A stretch of 64,000 nt of DNA, taken from positions 98,146,001 to 98,210,000 of the forward strand of contig OZ260663.1 of NCBI GenBank assembly GCA_965285935.1. Direction: 5' to 3'. Shown in pieces: positions 11,893 to 23,515 of the stretch. Each line of letters starts with the position of its first letter. Positions within the stretch are counted from its first letter, which is position 1. The stretch comes from Ophelia neglecta (Eukaryota). Below the pieces are notes generated by a model. The model had not been told where the DNA came from. It was given only the letters and a program-made list of their open reading frames with translations, and made no database searches. Made by a program: the position numbers and the translations under genes.

Positions 11893-13196
11893 CGTTGTCT
11901 TAATTGTTCCAAGCTGAGGACCAGTATGCTGAGTGTGACGTAAGAATGAATGAAGACGAGAATACTTGAGGGAGGAATGGAAGAAGACTCGAGAAATTGT
12001 GTGATGGAAGGACTAATTGTGTGCCAGACCTTTAATGAATTGACAGTTTTCTGAATGAAGCGACCGAATACTAACAGAAGTGTGAGAGTGACATGAGGAT
12101 GAGTGACATTTTGTTCCCTATGTGTGTTATTTGAAAGTGTACTTGCAAGTTGAAGTTTTGATAGTTATTTGTATTTGTATGTGTGTTATTTGAAAGTCTA
12201 CATGCAAGTTGAAAAATTGATAGTTATTTGTATTTGTATTAGATGTTTCGTGCGGCATGAATGTGAAATTGACTGGTTTACTGGTGACTTAACTATATAT
12301 ATGTATGCTATGAATGACATGCATTAATTTACGTGTCCTACTTTGGTTTATGTGAATGTTTCATACATGCATGTGATATTTTGACCATTTGAGCTGATTG
12401 CATGAATGACCATTGATTGCTGTGATTACATGTGAAGTCTGAGGTAGGGTTATTGTAGCAACAGACCCACTGACCTACCATTTTGAATGTTTAACAGAAC
12501 AGTAAGTTGGTATGTAGGTGTTCTTGCTGTGAACTTCACCATTACCCATGGACTGATTGATTTACCTGTGGTTTCATAGGTTTGATTTCTCCCTGCCCTT
12601 TCCTTGACCAGGTTTAATCAACACTTAGTTTTAAATTTTGCCCAGATTTTGAAATAGTCTGTGTTGAATGTTGTGGGTTGAGGTGGTTCTGAATATTCCG
12701 AATCCAGGTTACCCTTGGTTCAGTTTGGGAAATTTGTAGCCTCCAGGTTTTGACTTGGGTCAGAGATTCGAGGATATGGCAGGGTTCATAAATTTTGATT
12801 GGGCCTAGCTTTCCCTGGGGAATTTGCAACAGATTGATTGATTCTGCAGGAATTGTCTCTTGTCGGTTTTGTGGGAAATCTTCTTTTTAACTTTGGATTC
12901 GTGTATTGCAAAACTTTGAGCTGGAGTTGGTCCTAAAAACTTTTGAAACTTGATTTTTTGAATTTTTTTTTCGAGATTTGAATTTGTTTGAATATTTTCG
13001 GAGACTTGATTTTTTTTGAATTAATTTTGAATCTTGAATTTGTTTGAATATTTTTTTTGAAACTTGATTTTTTGAAATTTTCTTTGAAACTTGAAATTTT
13101 CTGACTGATTTTTGGAACTTGATTTTGTTTCAAATTTTTTGGTAATTTTTTTGGAAAATTGAAATTTTGACTTGAGTCAAATCCCACCTTCTCCCC

Positions 13197-14339
13197 ATGA
13201 TGTCTGCCCAGGAAGAGCTGACGTTTACTGAAGAGGAATTGAAGCAGCTGGGAGCTGCCTTTTCTAGGCTTGGAGCTAAGCCAAAGTTGGACACTGATAC
13301 CGCCCTAAAGGATTGGATGACTGGCTATGTCAGACTTCAGCAAGGAGAGGTTAAAGAAGAGGCACCCTTGACCGGCCCTGGTAGATCATTCCAAAACAGT
13401 GATGTAATGAGACCGTTGCCACCAAAAATAGCACCATTTTCAGGAGACCCGAACAAGGATACCGACTATGACCTTTGGCGTTACGAGGTTAATTGTCTGG
13501 TAGATAGCCACACCATGGACCCTAGAGTTTTACTACAACATGTTCGCAAGTCACTTAAAGGAGGAGCAAGTAGAGTAGCTATGCGACTTGGAGAGACAGC
13601 TAGTTTAGATGACCTTCTGATAAAGCTAGAACAACTTTACGGCAGTGTACAGCCAACAGAGGAGATACTGGCAGACTTCTATAATGCCAAGCAACTGGAC
13701 GGAGAGACGGTGGTTAGATGGGGTTGTCGATTGGAAGATATTTTGGTACAAGCCCAAAAGATAGGACACGTAGATGCTACAGCCACTAGCGAAATGCTGA
13801 GGACCAAGTTTTGGTACGGATTGAGAAACAATCTCAAGGAGAGGTCTCGCCACAAATTTGACACCATAAAGGATTTCGACCATTTAAGAATTCACTTACG
13901 TCAAATTGAAGCTGAATTGCAGACGGTGAAAACTACGAATAGGATACAGATAAAAGCGGATCCCACTCCACAATCAGGCTCAGAAATAGATGCACTTAAA
14001 CACCAGGTGGCAAACCTACAACAGCAGGTGACTCAACTGAAGAAGTCCGGACAGGCAGAGCAGGCCCACATCCCATTGAATCCAGAAGCATATCCATACA
14101 CGCCAGTAACAGATAATGATCAGAGTCGCAGGGGCCAGCCAAGAGTTGGTATAAACTCGAATGCTACTGCACAAATGACAAATCAGAGCGCAGGCAGAGG
14201 CCAGAGACCAGTGATGACAGACCGGGAACCACCCCGATGTTGGCGATGCGGTCAGTATGGACACATACAACGAGGCTGCCGAGTAATAGTTGATCATTTA
14301 AACCGGAAAGGACCTACTTATACCGGAGCGCACCAGTAG
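13197..14339 (+). CDS. gag: Gag, PNMA-like capsid with CCHC zinc knuckle
   Basis: 380-aa ORF with IAPFSGD...YDLWRYEV, SLKGGA and CWRCGQYGHIQRGC. Confidence 0.93.
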   Translation: MMSAQEELTFTEEELKQLGAAFSRLGAKPKLDTDTALKDWMTGYVRLQQGEVKEEAPLTGPGRSFQNSDVMRPLPPKIAPFSGDPNKDTDYDLWRYEVNCLVDSHTMDPRVLLQHVRKSLKGGASRVAMRLGETASLDDLLIKLEQLYGSVQPTEEILADFYNAKQLDGETVVRWGCRLEDILVQAQKIGHVDATATSEMLRTKFWYGLRNNLKERSRHKFDTIKDFDHLRIHLRQIEAELQTVKTTNRIQIKADPTPQSGSEIDALKHQVANLQQQVTQLKKSGQAEQAHIPLNPEAYPYTPVTDNDQSRRGQPRVGINSNATAQMTNQSAGRGQRPVMTDREPPRCWRCGQYGHIQRGCRVIVDHLNRKGPTYTGAHQ

Positions 14340-17300
14340 GCCCAGTACAGTCAGCTCCTCAGCTAGTCGGTGAAACAAATGTGACACCCATAACATTTGT
14401 TTTTGACGACACCACAGTAGATAGCCAGACACTTCTAGATACCGGATCTGGAATCTCAACAGTCAATGAAGCATTTTATCGGAAACATTTCGAACCTCGT
14501 GGACTAACTTGCCAGCCATTGGATAAACTTTTGGAAATCGAGACCGCAAGTGGACAGCTTTTGGAGTACCTTGGGTTTGTTGAGGCGTATCTACAGGTAC
14601 CCAAACTTACGCTACCAGAGGGAATGCCAGCACTTTTCTTGGTCACTCGAGACACCCCTTTTAGCAAAAGTGTGCCAATCAACTTAGGAACCAACATCTT
14701 GAAAAACGTTAAGGAACAAACCGAACAGCAGTATGGCACCAGATACCTCCAAACAGCCCCGTTATCCACCCCTTGGTATTTGGCGATGCGTTGCATGTCA
14801 GTCCAAAAGAGAAGCCTCCAGCATGTTGATAGTTTGGGTATAATTAAGAGCGCAGAACATGGCAATGTGACTATCCAACCCAATCGGACCATTACCCTGA
14901 AAGGATTTTTATCCCATGCTTTGCCACACCCGAATTGTGCCGCTTTACTGTTGCCTACGAAGAAATCTACATTACCAGACACTGCAGAAATCATGCCTAT
15001 AGTGATTGACTATCAGAGTGATATGCGTGGCCAGTTTTCTGTCACTATTGCTAATCACGCAAGTAGAACCTTGGTCATCCCACCCCGGGCTGTCATAGGA
15101 GAACTCCAGCCAGTATCCATAGAGTCACCAGTTGAATTACCACAGGAGGAAAAGATTGATCGACCTACCGACTTACCCGAAGACTTAAATCTGGACCATG
15201 GTGATGAAGATTCTGCAGGAACCGAGAACCAATTTCAAGAGTTGAAGGAATTTCTGAAGATTTGGTCACATATCTTTTCAAAAGATCCGAAAGATGTTGG
15301 ACAACACCCGACTGTTGAACACGAGATAAATTTAATAAATAGCCAACCCATCAAGAGTCATTATGGTAGGATACCACCTAACCTCTACACAGAACTGAAG
15401 GAACATCTGACTGATCTGTTGGGAGCCGGACTGATTCGCCACTCAAAGAGCCCATGGTCTTCCAATATTGTAATAGCTCGCCGCAAAAATGGAACCCTTC
15501 GTTTATGTATTGACTACCAGAAGCTCAACCTCCAGACAGTACCAGACGCCTACGCAATGCCCAGGTTAGAAGACATACTTGATTGTTTAAACGGTGCACA
15601 GTTTTTCTCTGTTTTAGACATGAAAAGTGGATACCACCAAATAGAGGTGAAAGAGGAACACAAGCAATACACCGCATTTACTGCCGGACCACTTGGTTTC
15701 TACGAATGGAATCGATTACCCTTTGGATTGTCAAATGCACCAGCCACATACCAACGCATGATGGAAAATATGCTCGGTGATCTTAACCATCGCATCTGCG
15801 TCATTTACCTTGACGACATCATTGTTTTCTCAAAGACATTTGAGGAACACCTGGCCAACCTTGGAGAAGTTTTTGAAAGAATAGAGAAGAGCAACCTGAA
15901 GTTAGCACCATCCAAGTGTCATTTCCTTAAAAAGAAAACCAGGTTCCTTGGCCACATTGTGTCATCTGAAGGAGTAGAGACCGACCCTGACAAAATCGAG
16001 CGGATAACCAGTTGGAAAACGCCTGTAAACCAGCTTGAGCTGATGCAATTCATTGGATTCGCTAGCTACTATCGTCGTTTCTGCCCAAGATTTGCTCAGA
16101 TCGCCAAACCACTGCATGACCTGATAGGAGCTAAGCAGAAGAAGAAGAAGAAGAAGGGAGAAATGTCGAAGTCAGAACCGAAGCCATGGCGTTGGGGTCA
16201 AACAGAGCAAACAGCTTTTGATAAACTGAAGAATGAACTGACATCTCCACCTGTCCTGGCATATGCCGACTTCGACAAACAATTCATCCTACATACAGAT
16301 GCGAGCGTCAGTGGCCTGGGAGCTATCTTGTACCAAAACCATGATGGAAAAGAACGTGTTATAGCGTATGCCAGCCGTGGGTTGACGAAGTCTGAAAAGA
16401 ATTACCCCGCCCACAAATTGGAATTTCTTGCTCTGAAATGGGCAGTGACAGAGAAATTTCATGACTACCTTTATGGAGCACCAGAATTTGTTGTAGTGAC
16501 TGACAACAATCCATTGACGTACATTCTAACATCTGCCAAATTAGATGCGACTGGTCACAGATGGTCCGCAGCCCTTGCCACCTACAGCTTCAGTATTAGA
16601 TACAGACCAGGGAAGAAAAATATTGATGCTGATGTACTGTCAAGGCTACCTCACAACACAGACAACCAAGAGACGACAGAAGTAAAACAGATTGACGGTG
16701 AATCTGTCAAATCAGTTTGCTACAGAAGTCAGATATCCCCATCTTTCATAAACAGCTTATGCATGTCTGCAAATGTTTGCGAACAACTGTTCGAGGCGGA
16801 AAACCCAACAATCGATGATGCCACCTCTACCCGTGATATTCGACTAAAGCAACGTGCTGACCCTATCTTGAATGACATGATCAAATACATGTCACAGAGT
16901 AGCAACAAGAGATTACCTTGTAATGAAGCCATGCGTCCCTTATGGCGACAACGTGGAAGACTGGTGATGAAAAGAGGAGTGTTGTGTAGAAGAACAAAGA
17001 TACAAGATGAAGAACGATTTCAGATAGTGATACCAGAATCACTTAAGAACACAATTTTGCAGGCACTACACAATGATATTGGACACCCAGGATCTGAACG
17101 CACACTACAGCTTGTCCAAGAGAGATACTATTGGACATATCTATCAAAGAATGTAACTGATTGGGTTACAAAGTGTGATCGATGCCTAAGAAGAAAGTCG
17201 CCAACTACTCAACGTGCTCCACTAGTGAGTATCAAGACCTCTCAACCATTAGAACTCGTCTCGATGGATTTCCTGTCACTTGAAACTTCAAAGGGAGGGC

Positions 17301-18715
17301 ACAATAGTATATTGGTGATAACAGACCACTTCACGAGATATGCCGTAGCGGTGCCAACGAAAAACCAGACTGCAAAAACAACAGCTGAAGCACTTCTTCA
17401 CAAGTTTATTGTATACTTTGGCCTACCCCAAAGAATACACAGTGACCAGGGTACTAATTTTGAGAGCGCATTGATTGCAGAGTTGTGCAAACTCACAAAT
17501 ATAGCCAAATCCAGGACTTCCATCTATCACCCAAGCGGCAATGGTATGACGGAACGTATGAACAGGACTTTGCTGAACATGCTGGGCACTCTAGAAGCAG
17601 ACGAGAAAGCTGATTGGAAGACCTACATCGACCTGATGGCTCATGCTTACAACTGTACCAGACATGAAAGTACTGGATACTCACCTCACTTCTTGATGTT
17701 TGGTCGAAACCCAAAGTTGCCCATAGACCTTCTCATTGGTATAGATGAGCCAAAAACCCCTTCATACTGTGAATACGTTGAGACCCTAAAACACCATTTA
17801 AGGAAGTCATATCAGGCCGCCAGTGCAGCAGCAGAGAAATCAAGAGAAAAACAAAAGAGTGCATACGACCTGCGAATACGAGGAGCTGTCTTGGAAAAAG
17901 ATGACCGAGTCCTGGTTAAGAAATTGGCATTTTCGGGAAAACACAAGCTTGATGACAGATGGGAAGAGGATGTTTATGTGGTAGTGGACCAGCCCAACAC
18001 AGATATCCCAGTATTCAAGGTCAGGAAAGAAACAGATGAGGACGAGCCAGTCAGAACTCTACACAGGAATCACTTGCTACCAATAGAACCATTGCCCGTT
18101 GGAATCAAAAATGTGGACGAAGTCTCGGAGCGGACTACAGAACCTGCGGAACCAGAGCCATTGGTTGAAATTAATGTTCATAGGGAAGACCAAGAGGAAA
18201 TCACAGATGACGATTCTGAAGAAGACTTTCAGTTTTTTACCATAGAAAGGTCTGAGGACGTACAGAATACTCAAGAGCCAGTCAGAATAGATAGTCAGGT
18301 CATACAAGAAAATGCAGAAGACACATCCAATGAAGATTCCAGCATTATCAGAAAGGCAGTTGTCGAAAATATCCCAGTTATGAGAACTAAACAGGGCGAA
18401 CAGGAAGAAGACGATACTGTTGAAAGAAGTACAGATGAAGACCAGGGCACACCAAAAGAAAAATTGGTAATAGCTGCAGTACACAATGGTACAGCAGACC
18501 CAGATGAGAAAGGAGATCAACCAGTGAATGAAGCCAGTAGACCATCCGTAGTCAAGGCCCGGGATGGCGATGGAAGGTCTCGCCCTACCCGCAATAGACA
18601 ACCACCTTTGAAACTCCGTGATGGAACATATATTACAGGCATGAGAAATTTCATCAAAGATATGATATTTCCTGAGAATCCAAAGAAGGCTCGAGTTCTG
18701 ATTGAGTGGGTCTAG
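14297..18715 (+). CDS. pol: Pol polyprotein (aspartic protease, RT, RNase H, integrase), expressed by a -1 frameshift
   Basis: Motifs LLDTGS, LPFGLSNAPATYQR, YLDD, TDAS, H-x4-H...CxxC and integrase core (SMDF, HSDQG, GMTERMN). The frame is open from the T-TTA-AAC slippery site at 14297-14303. Confidence 0.95.
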   Translation, partial: FKPERTYLYRSAPVGPVQSAPQLVGETNVTPITFVFDDTTVDSQTLLDTGSGISTVNEAFYRKHFEPRGLTCQPLDKLLEIETASGQLLEYLGFVEAYLQVPKLTLPEGMPALFLVTRDTPFSKSVPINLGTNILKNVKEQTEQQYGTRYLQTAPLSTPWYLAMRCMSVQKRSLQHVDSLGIIKSAEHGNVTIQPNRTITLKGFLSHALPHPNCAALLLPTKKSTLPDTAEIMPIVIDYQSDMRGQFSVTIANHASRTLVIPPRAVIGELQPVSIESPVELPQEEKIDRPTDLPEDLNLDHGDEDSAGTENQFQELKEFLKIWSHIFSKDPKDVGQHPTVEHEINLINSQPIKSHYGRIPPNLYTELKEHLTDLLGAGLIRHSKSPWSSNIVIARRKNGTLRLCIDYQKLNLQTVPDAYAMPRLEDILDCLNGAQFFSVLDMKSGYHQIEVKEEHKQYTAFTAGPLGFYEWNRLPFGLSNAPATYQRMMENMLGDLNHRICVIYLDDIIVFSKTFEEHLANLGEVFERIEKSNLKLAPSKCHFLKKKTRFLGHIVSSEGVETDPDKIERITSWKTPVNQLELMQFIGFASYYRRFCPRFAQIAKPLHDLIGAKQKKKKKKGEMSKSEPKPWRWGQTEQTAFDKLKNELTSPPVLAYADFDKQFILHTDASVSGLGAILYQNHDGKERVIAYASRGLTKSEKNYPAHKLEFLALKWAVTEKFHDYLYGAPEFVVVTDNNPLTYILTSAKLDATGHRWSAALATYSFSIRYRPGKKNIDADVLSRLPHNTDNQETTEVKQIDGESVKSVCYRSQISPSFINSLCMSANVCEQLFEAENPTIDDATSTRDIRLKQRADPILNDMIKYMSQSSNKRLPCNEAMRPLWRQRGRLVMKRGVLCRRTKIQDEERFQIVIPESLKNTILQALHNDIGHPGSERTLQLVQERYYWTYLSKNVTDWVTKCDRCLRRKSPTTQRAPLVSIKTSQPLELVSMDFLSLETSKGGHNSILVITDHFTRYAVAVPTKNQTAKTTAEALLHKFIVYFGLPQRIHSDQGTNFESALIAELCKLTNIAKSRTSIYHPSGNGMTERMNRTLLNMLGTLEADEKADWKTYIDLMAHAYNCTRHESTGYSPHFLMFGRNPKLPIDLLIGIDEPKTPSYCEYVETLKHHLRKSYQAASAAAEKSREKQKSAYDLRIRGAVLEKDDRVLVKKLAFSGKHKLDDRWEEDVYVVVDQPNTDIPVFKVRKETDEDEPVRTLHRNHLLPIEPLPVGIKNVDEVSERTTEPAEPEPLVEINVHREDQEEITDDDSEEDFQFFTIERSEDVQNTQEPVRIDSQVIQENAEDTSNEDSSIIRKAVVENIPVMRTKQGEQEEDDTVERSTDEDQGTPKEKLVIAAVHNGTADPDEKGDQPVNEASRPSVVKARDGDGRSRPTRNRQPPLKLRDGTYITGMRNFIKDMIFPENPKKARVLIEWV

Positions 18716-19169
18716 TCATTCTGTCACTTGGATTGTAGGTTTTTGAGTTTCGTGGAAATATTTGGACCAGCATTGGTTGTGACATTGGTTCTGATTGTTC
18801 GCAAGTCTACTTTTAAGGTTCTTGTTCCGTTATTTTTCCTGAGCTTTGGTTGGAGGGCTGTATGACATTTGTGATTTGAATTTCATGGTAAATTGGCAAC
18901 GTTCTTTACTTACAGTTGTTAGATTAAAATGTCGAGACGCCATTTCATATGGAGGGGGGAGAGGTTGGTGCATAGATTTTGATATATGTTTTGGCAGGAT
19001 CATGTGTGAAATTTTACGTGAATTTTCTTTTGAGCATTGAAATTTGTTTCAGATGTCCCATAGTTGTGAACATATTAATAGTGGTTATTATAGTAGCGTA
19101 AAATGAATCTTATATGTAGAAGGATAAATTTGAAGCTATATAATCAGAAATGTCGAGACGTCATTTCAC

Positions 19170-19183
19170 GTGGTGGAGGAGGA
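19170..19183 (+). promoter_or_regulatory. Polypurine tract
   Basis: GTGGTGGAGGAGGA immediately before the 3' LTR. Confidence 0.8.
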
Positions 19184-19703
19184 TGTAACCAGATGGGATC
19201 TTAAGCCATTTGGATAACTACTTCCGTATACCTAGTAGTGTGTGTGTGTGTGTATGAACTGTATGTATAGTATTATCATGATTATGTAGCTGTGGTGTCA
19301 GCTAATTAGTTATGCACAAGTGGTATTACCTTATGTAAAGTGTCACCTTGACCTGTGTTGTATATTGGATCTGACCAATGGTATGTGATCCCTTAAATGG
19401 TTTTTGTGCTGCCTTGTGGGAAGTTTAACTGTTTTAAATCAGAGGCTCTCAAGATTCTGACAGGGAAGGATGTGAAATTGTTAATAGGAAATTCTAATTG
19501 AGATCTGAAATAGACGCCCTCCCCAGAGCCTCTCATCTCTCATTCGGACACCCCAATTCAGGGTGTTCAAAAGATATAATGGTCCCAAGCATATGTGTGT
19601 AAGCTTGAAACAATAAATAACGATCACTGAACAACAAAACAACTACCTTGACTCCTACCTACCTCTTAACAAAATGTAGAGGGAAAAATTACCCAAGGTT
19701 ACA
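19184..19703 (+). repeat. 3' LTR (520 bp)
   Basis: Direct repeat of 11354-11873. Confidence 0.97.
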
Positions 19704-20237
19704 TGTCTATGGTAGGTAGGTAGACAATATCGTGTGTTCATACACGATCAACAGTTTACTTAAAGTTGGCATTCAATGGCTATTAATCAGCTTTTTACAG
19801 AAGAAGGGTTTATGGCAATGGAATGGACAATGAAACCACTGTGGACGGTAATGGAAGAACGGAATCCAGTATGGAACGGAGTGAATGCAACATTAGTTCC
19901 AGCATTTCATTTAGCTAGACAAGTACGCTAAAGTCTACACTGAAAGAAGATTGGAACCAAAAAAAAAACTCAGTCTTCTACACTTAGATTGCCATATTTG
20001 TTTCAATCCTATTGCCAACTTTGTTATGAACATAGGCTTGCCCTGTGTGTTTTATCGCCCAAGGTTACAATTCTAAACTTGTCGGGCTGAATTTCAGGTA
20101 TAAGCTTATTGCAAGTACATAACAAAGCTTTATTTGAAATATACATACCCTCCTGGATGTATGTTAGCATATTGTTATATTGTCAAAATAACGGACCAAG
20201 GGCCGTGTTCTCTACGCGGTTTGCCTCCTTTCCGAAG

Positions 20238-20335
20238 GTCCCTGTCGATAAAGGTTGAGGCGCGCATGTGCCTTCCCACGTCGATGTACCGATGGTTGTA
20301 ATTCAGACACAGGGGAGTGTCTGTCTAGGTTGTAG
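20238..20335 (+). pseudogene. Dead copy of the 'CRYG' EGF-like exon of the receptor family
   Basis: Reads PCR*RLRRACAFPRRCTDGCNSDTGECLS; homologous to 23717-23872 and 48422-48574. Confidence 0.8.
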
Positions 20336-21499
20336 AGCATAACGCTCTGGGATCCTAGCAGAACTATGATAATGTAGTTTTTATATTGCAGTAAATTTAT
20401 CCCGCGACAAAACACTGCAAATTATTGAAAATGTACCTTCATAACTATAACCTAAATTAATGACAGGCAGTCTTTACATTATGAGTTGTCTAGTGTATGA
20501 TCTAATTCACTTTAAGTATTTATCGCTGATCGCGAATCGTAATCTAACTTTGAGCCTCTAGAAAGATGACAACCCAGGGGGAGGAACGGGTCGACTTCTA
20601 AGACCCTTCCAGTCCCATTATGTTGTGTGTTCTTTCCATCATATATATCACAAGAGTGAAAATGGGTAGCGGCAAGGGAACTGTTCTATTGGATCAAATC
20701 TATATACGTCAAAGGTTCAAAAGGCCTTTGTAGCCAGATAGGTAAAGGATGGGGGGGGGGGGGGGGGGTAGGTGAGGAGAGAAGTTGTATTTATCAGAAT
20801 GGGGGTCTGACATTTGTCAAGTGATGCTTGAGCACATCGGATATGGAAGGGGACAAAGAACCCTACAGTCGACGGACGGAAGGAGAGATTGTTAGAACAC
20901 TTGTAAGACAACCGTGACACTGTACACATATAGGGAGGGGGGCATTGAAATAATTTAAACTTTTATTTGTTACTTTTATCGAACGTCTTCTATTTCCATG
21001 ACATTTTTCATCCACGGGCCCCTGCTATTCTATTACGATTGAGTCGAATGGACGACAAAATTATTGCAATTTGTTTACCATCTAGGCATAAATATATAAA
21101 AATGCATCAATCACATTGCAATAATTTTTACCACTAAAGTATGCATACATTTACCTTGCATTTGCTGTTAACCGCTTTTGACTATACATAAAAGCCTTGT
21201 GCTCTTACAAAATAGGCGTCTATCTTCAACTGAGAATCAGATTGAAGACACGCATCACTACCCGGCTTTGTATATGTATAAAGGATTATTTGTTCATGGG
21301 CCAAGTGTTTACTTAAAATCTAGGCACTCAAAGTCATAACGGCATTAAGGAATGTCTACATTTCAGGTGACTAGATTTGAAACAACCCCGTTTCATAGAC
21401 GCTAAGATATCTGTGAGTGACAAAGGAATGACTGGATACTGTCGGTGTATGACACGACTTCTAATTTTATAGCTGTGCTGACTTCTAAAGCAAGAATGC

Positions 21500-21960
21500 C
21501 TTTAATGATCGCTATGTTTACAATGGTCCCTCCCTTGTTGACAGATACCTACTCTTTTAAAGATCCATTCTCCTAAATGAACAGGACTGTCTCCTATTAA
21601 TTTTTTTTATATGAGACAACACCTGAAGAGTTGTCTAAGGTCATTGTGTCATTGACAGAGAAAATCCCCGGTTATTATTATGTTCATGCGCGGATAGTTA
21701 AGGGTGATTTATACTTGTCAGAAGTGCTGTATCTGATTAATTTGTCTTTAGTACAAGGTGTTATTCCATCTGAGTTAAATCTGACAAGTGTGATACCTTT
21801 ATATTAAGGCAGTGATGTATCTCTTGATACTAATTATAGACCAGTGTCTGTTTGATTCTGTTTTCTAAAATATTGGAACGTATAATGTATGACAGACTTT
21901 TGTCATTTATTGATGAGCATGGATTTATTTTTATAGATATCAGCTTGGCTTCACCTATCT
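21500..21960 (+). mobile_element. Degenerate LINE (CR1/L2-like) reverse-transcriptase fragment
   Basis: Reads TNYRPVSV*..FSKILERIMYDRLLSFIDEH around 21830-21920. Confidence 0.75.
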
Positions 21961-22559
21961 AGCAGTTGACTATTATCTAAGTGCAGACATATCCGCTAGT
22001 TAATTCATATTCCTAGTATATTGAACAACCGTCAACAAACTTCACATGCACACATGTTTACATTAGATGTATATTCAAGTACATACTGATTAATAACATA
22101 ATGCTAATAGTATGTCGAATCTATTTTCTTAAGTATTGTTGCTCCCCACATGTGTGAGGTTGGTATGTGACTGTTTATCTGCTGTGTCGAGCCAAATTAC
22201 ACCACCATATAACGTGCATTGTATTCGTATAGTTATATAATAGCTTCATATGTTAACAGACCAACTTGTATTATATACATGTATATTAAGCTATAACAAT
22301 TTTCATACTATGTAATTGAACATATTACGGCAATACCGAGGAAAAAATCCATTCTGGACTTTGTCAGCTAATATCAGCAGCCCTTGTCTGCACCCATGAT
22401 TAATGTACACACATTTCCAAGCATTTGAAGTGAATGACAGGAAGTGAATGACACATTTCTCCAGTTTGTTTCCCAATTGTCCAGATTGTAACTATCATGG
22501 TTCCGTTAACTGATAGCTCATAGTTAGCGGCAATACTGTACACTTTATTCCCTATCTAG

Positions 22560-22765
22560 GTAACGTGGCTATGCAAAAACCGCCACACAAAGTGGTATCC
22601 TAGTTGGTCATAGCACTGAATATGCTGTTGAATAAGCAGTCGATAAGTCACTAGCCGATGGAAGAGTCCTTATATAGCACACTCGCAATGCAGAGTCTGG
22701 TGGATGTTGGAACCCGACCAAATGCACGTTGTGTCAATTGTGTATATTCACACAGGGCAAACTTA
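22560..22765 (+). pseudogene. Dead copy of the first F-type-lectin exon
   Basis: Frameshifted homolog of 24396-24605 (NVAMQK...AV...CRVWWML). Confidence 0.85.
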
Positions 22766-23515
22766 AGTGCCATGATAACATATAAGGAATGGATTAAATG
22801 TCATGCAGTAGATGCTTGACAGTTTCGTGTGGTATATTTTTTACATCAACAAGAAATTAATACATAACATTTTCTAGTGACAAGCTATTTGCAATGCGAA
22901 GGATACCTGAGACAAACAGGTTTACACGTGTTTTACAATACGAATTAAGGGGGGGCGGGGGTGCTATTGGTCAAATATTTCCCTGACACCGTTCTTCAAT
23001 GTCCACATAATAGGGGAGGGTTGGAGTGGGGGATTAATAAGATTGTAATTTCAATGTATTAATTTGCTTCCTTTCTTTTCACGGGTCCCTGCTAGTATAT
23101 ACATATTGCGACTGACTTGAAAAACAAATATGTTACCTCCATCTGTTTATCATGCAAGCAAGGCTATAAGGACATCTTAATACACCAAGCACATTGCAGT
23201 ATTTCTTACCGTTTAAGTGTGCTCCCATTCACCTTAAATTTATCGTTCCTGACTATCAATATATGTTACGCATCGCTACGAGGCTTTATATAGATATAGA
23301 GGATTATTTTCTTAAGGGCCAAGTTAGTGTTGAATGGAAATCTAGGTACACAGCGTATTATCGTTTTATAGAAAGTCTACGACGCATGTGAATAGATATC
23401 AAACAAACCAGCTTTATAGGCGTAAAGCTAGCTATGATTGAGGAAGTAATGTCTGTATACCGCCGGTGTATAACACGACTTCTAATGTTAACTCCGTGGT
23501 GATTCTTAAAGCAAG

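Larger units (their letters stand above)
11354..19703 (+). mobile_element. Full-length Ty3/Gypsy LTR retrotransposon, no env gene
   Basis: TGT...ACA LTRs at 11354-11873 and 19184-19703. The 4-bp target-site duplication TGTC is at 11350-11353 and 19704-19707. A primer-binding site, polypurine tract, gag and pol (order PR-RT-RH-IN) are all present. Confidence 0.98.

Noticed and set aside
14476-18601. Antisense ORFs within pol (172 and 174 aa)
   Set aside because: Typical reverse-frame shadows with no recognisable motifs.
18716-19183. Possible env or third ORF in the retroelement
   Set aside because: Only about 470 bp, with a 64-aa ORF lacking a signal peptide, TM or fusion motifs.
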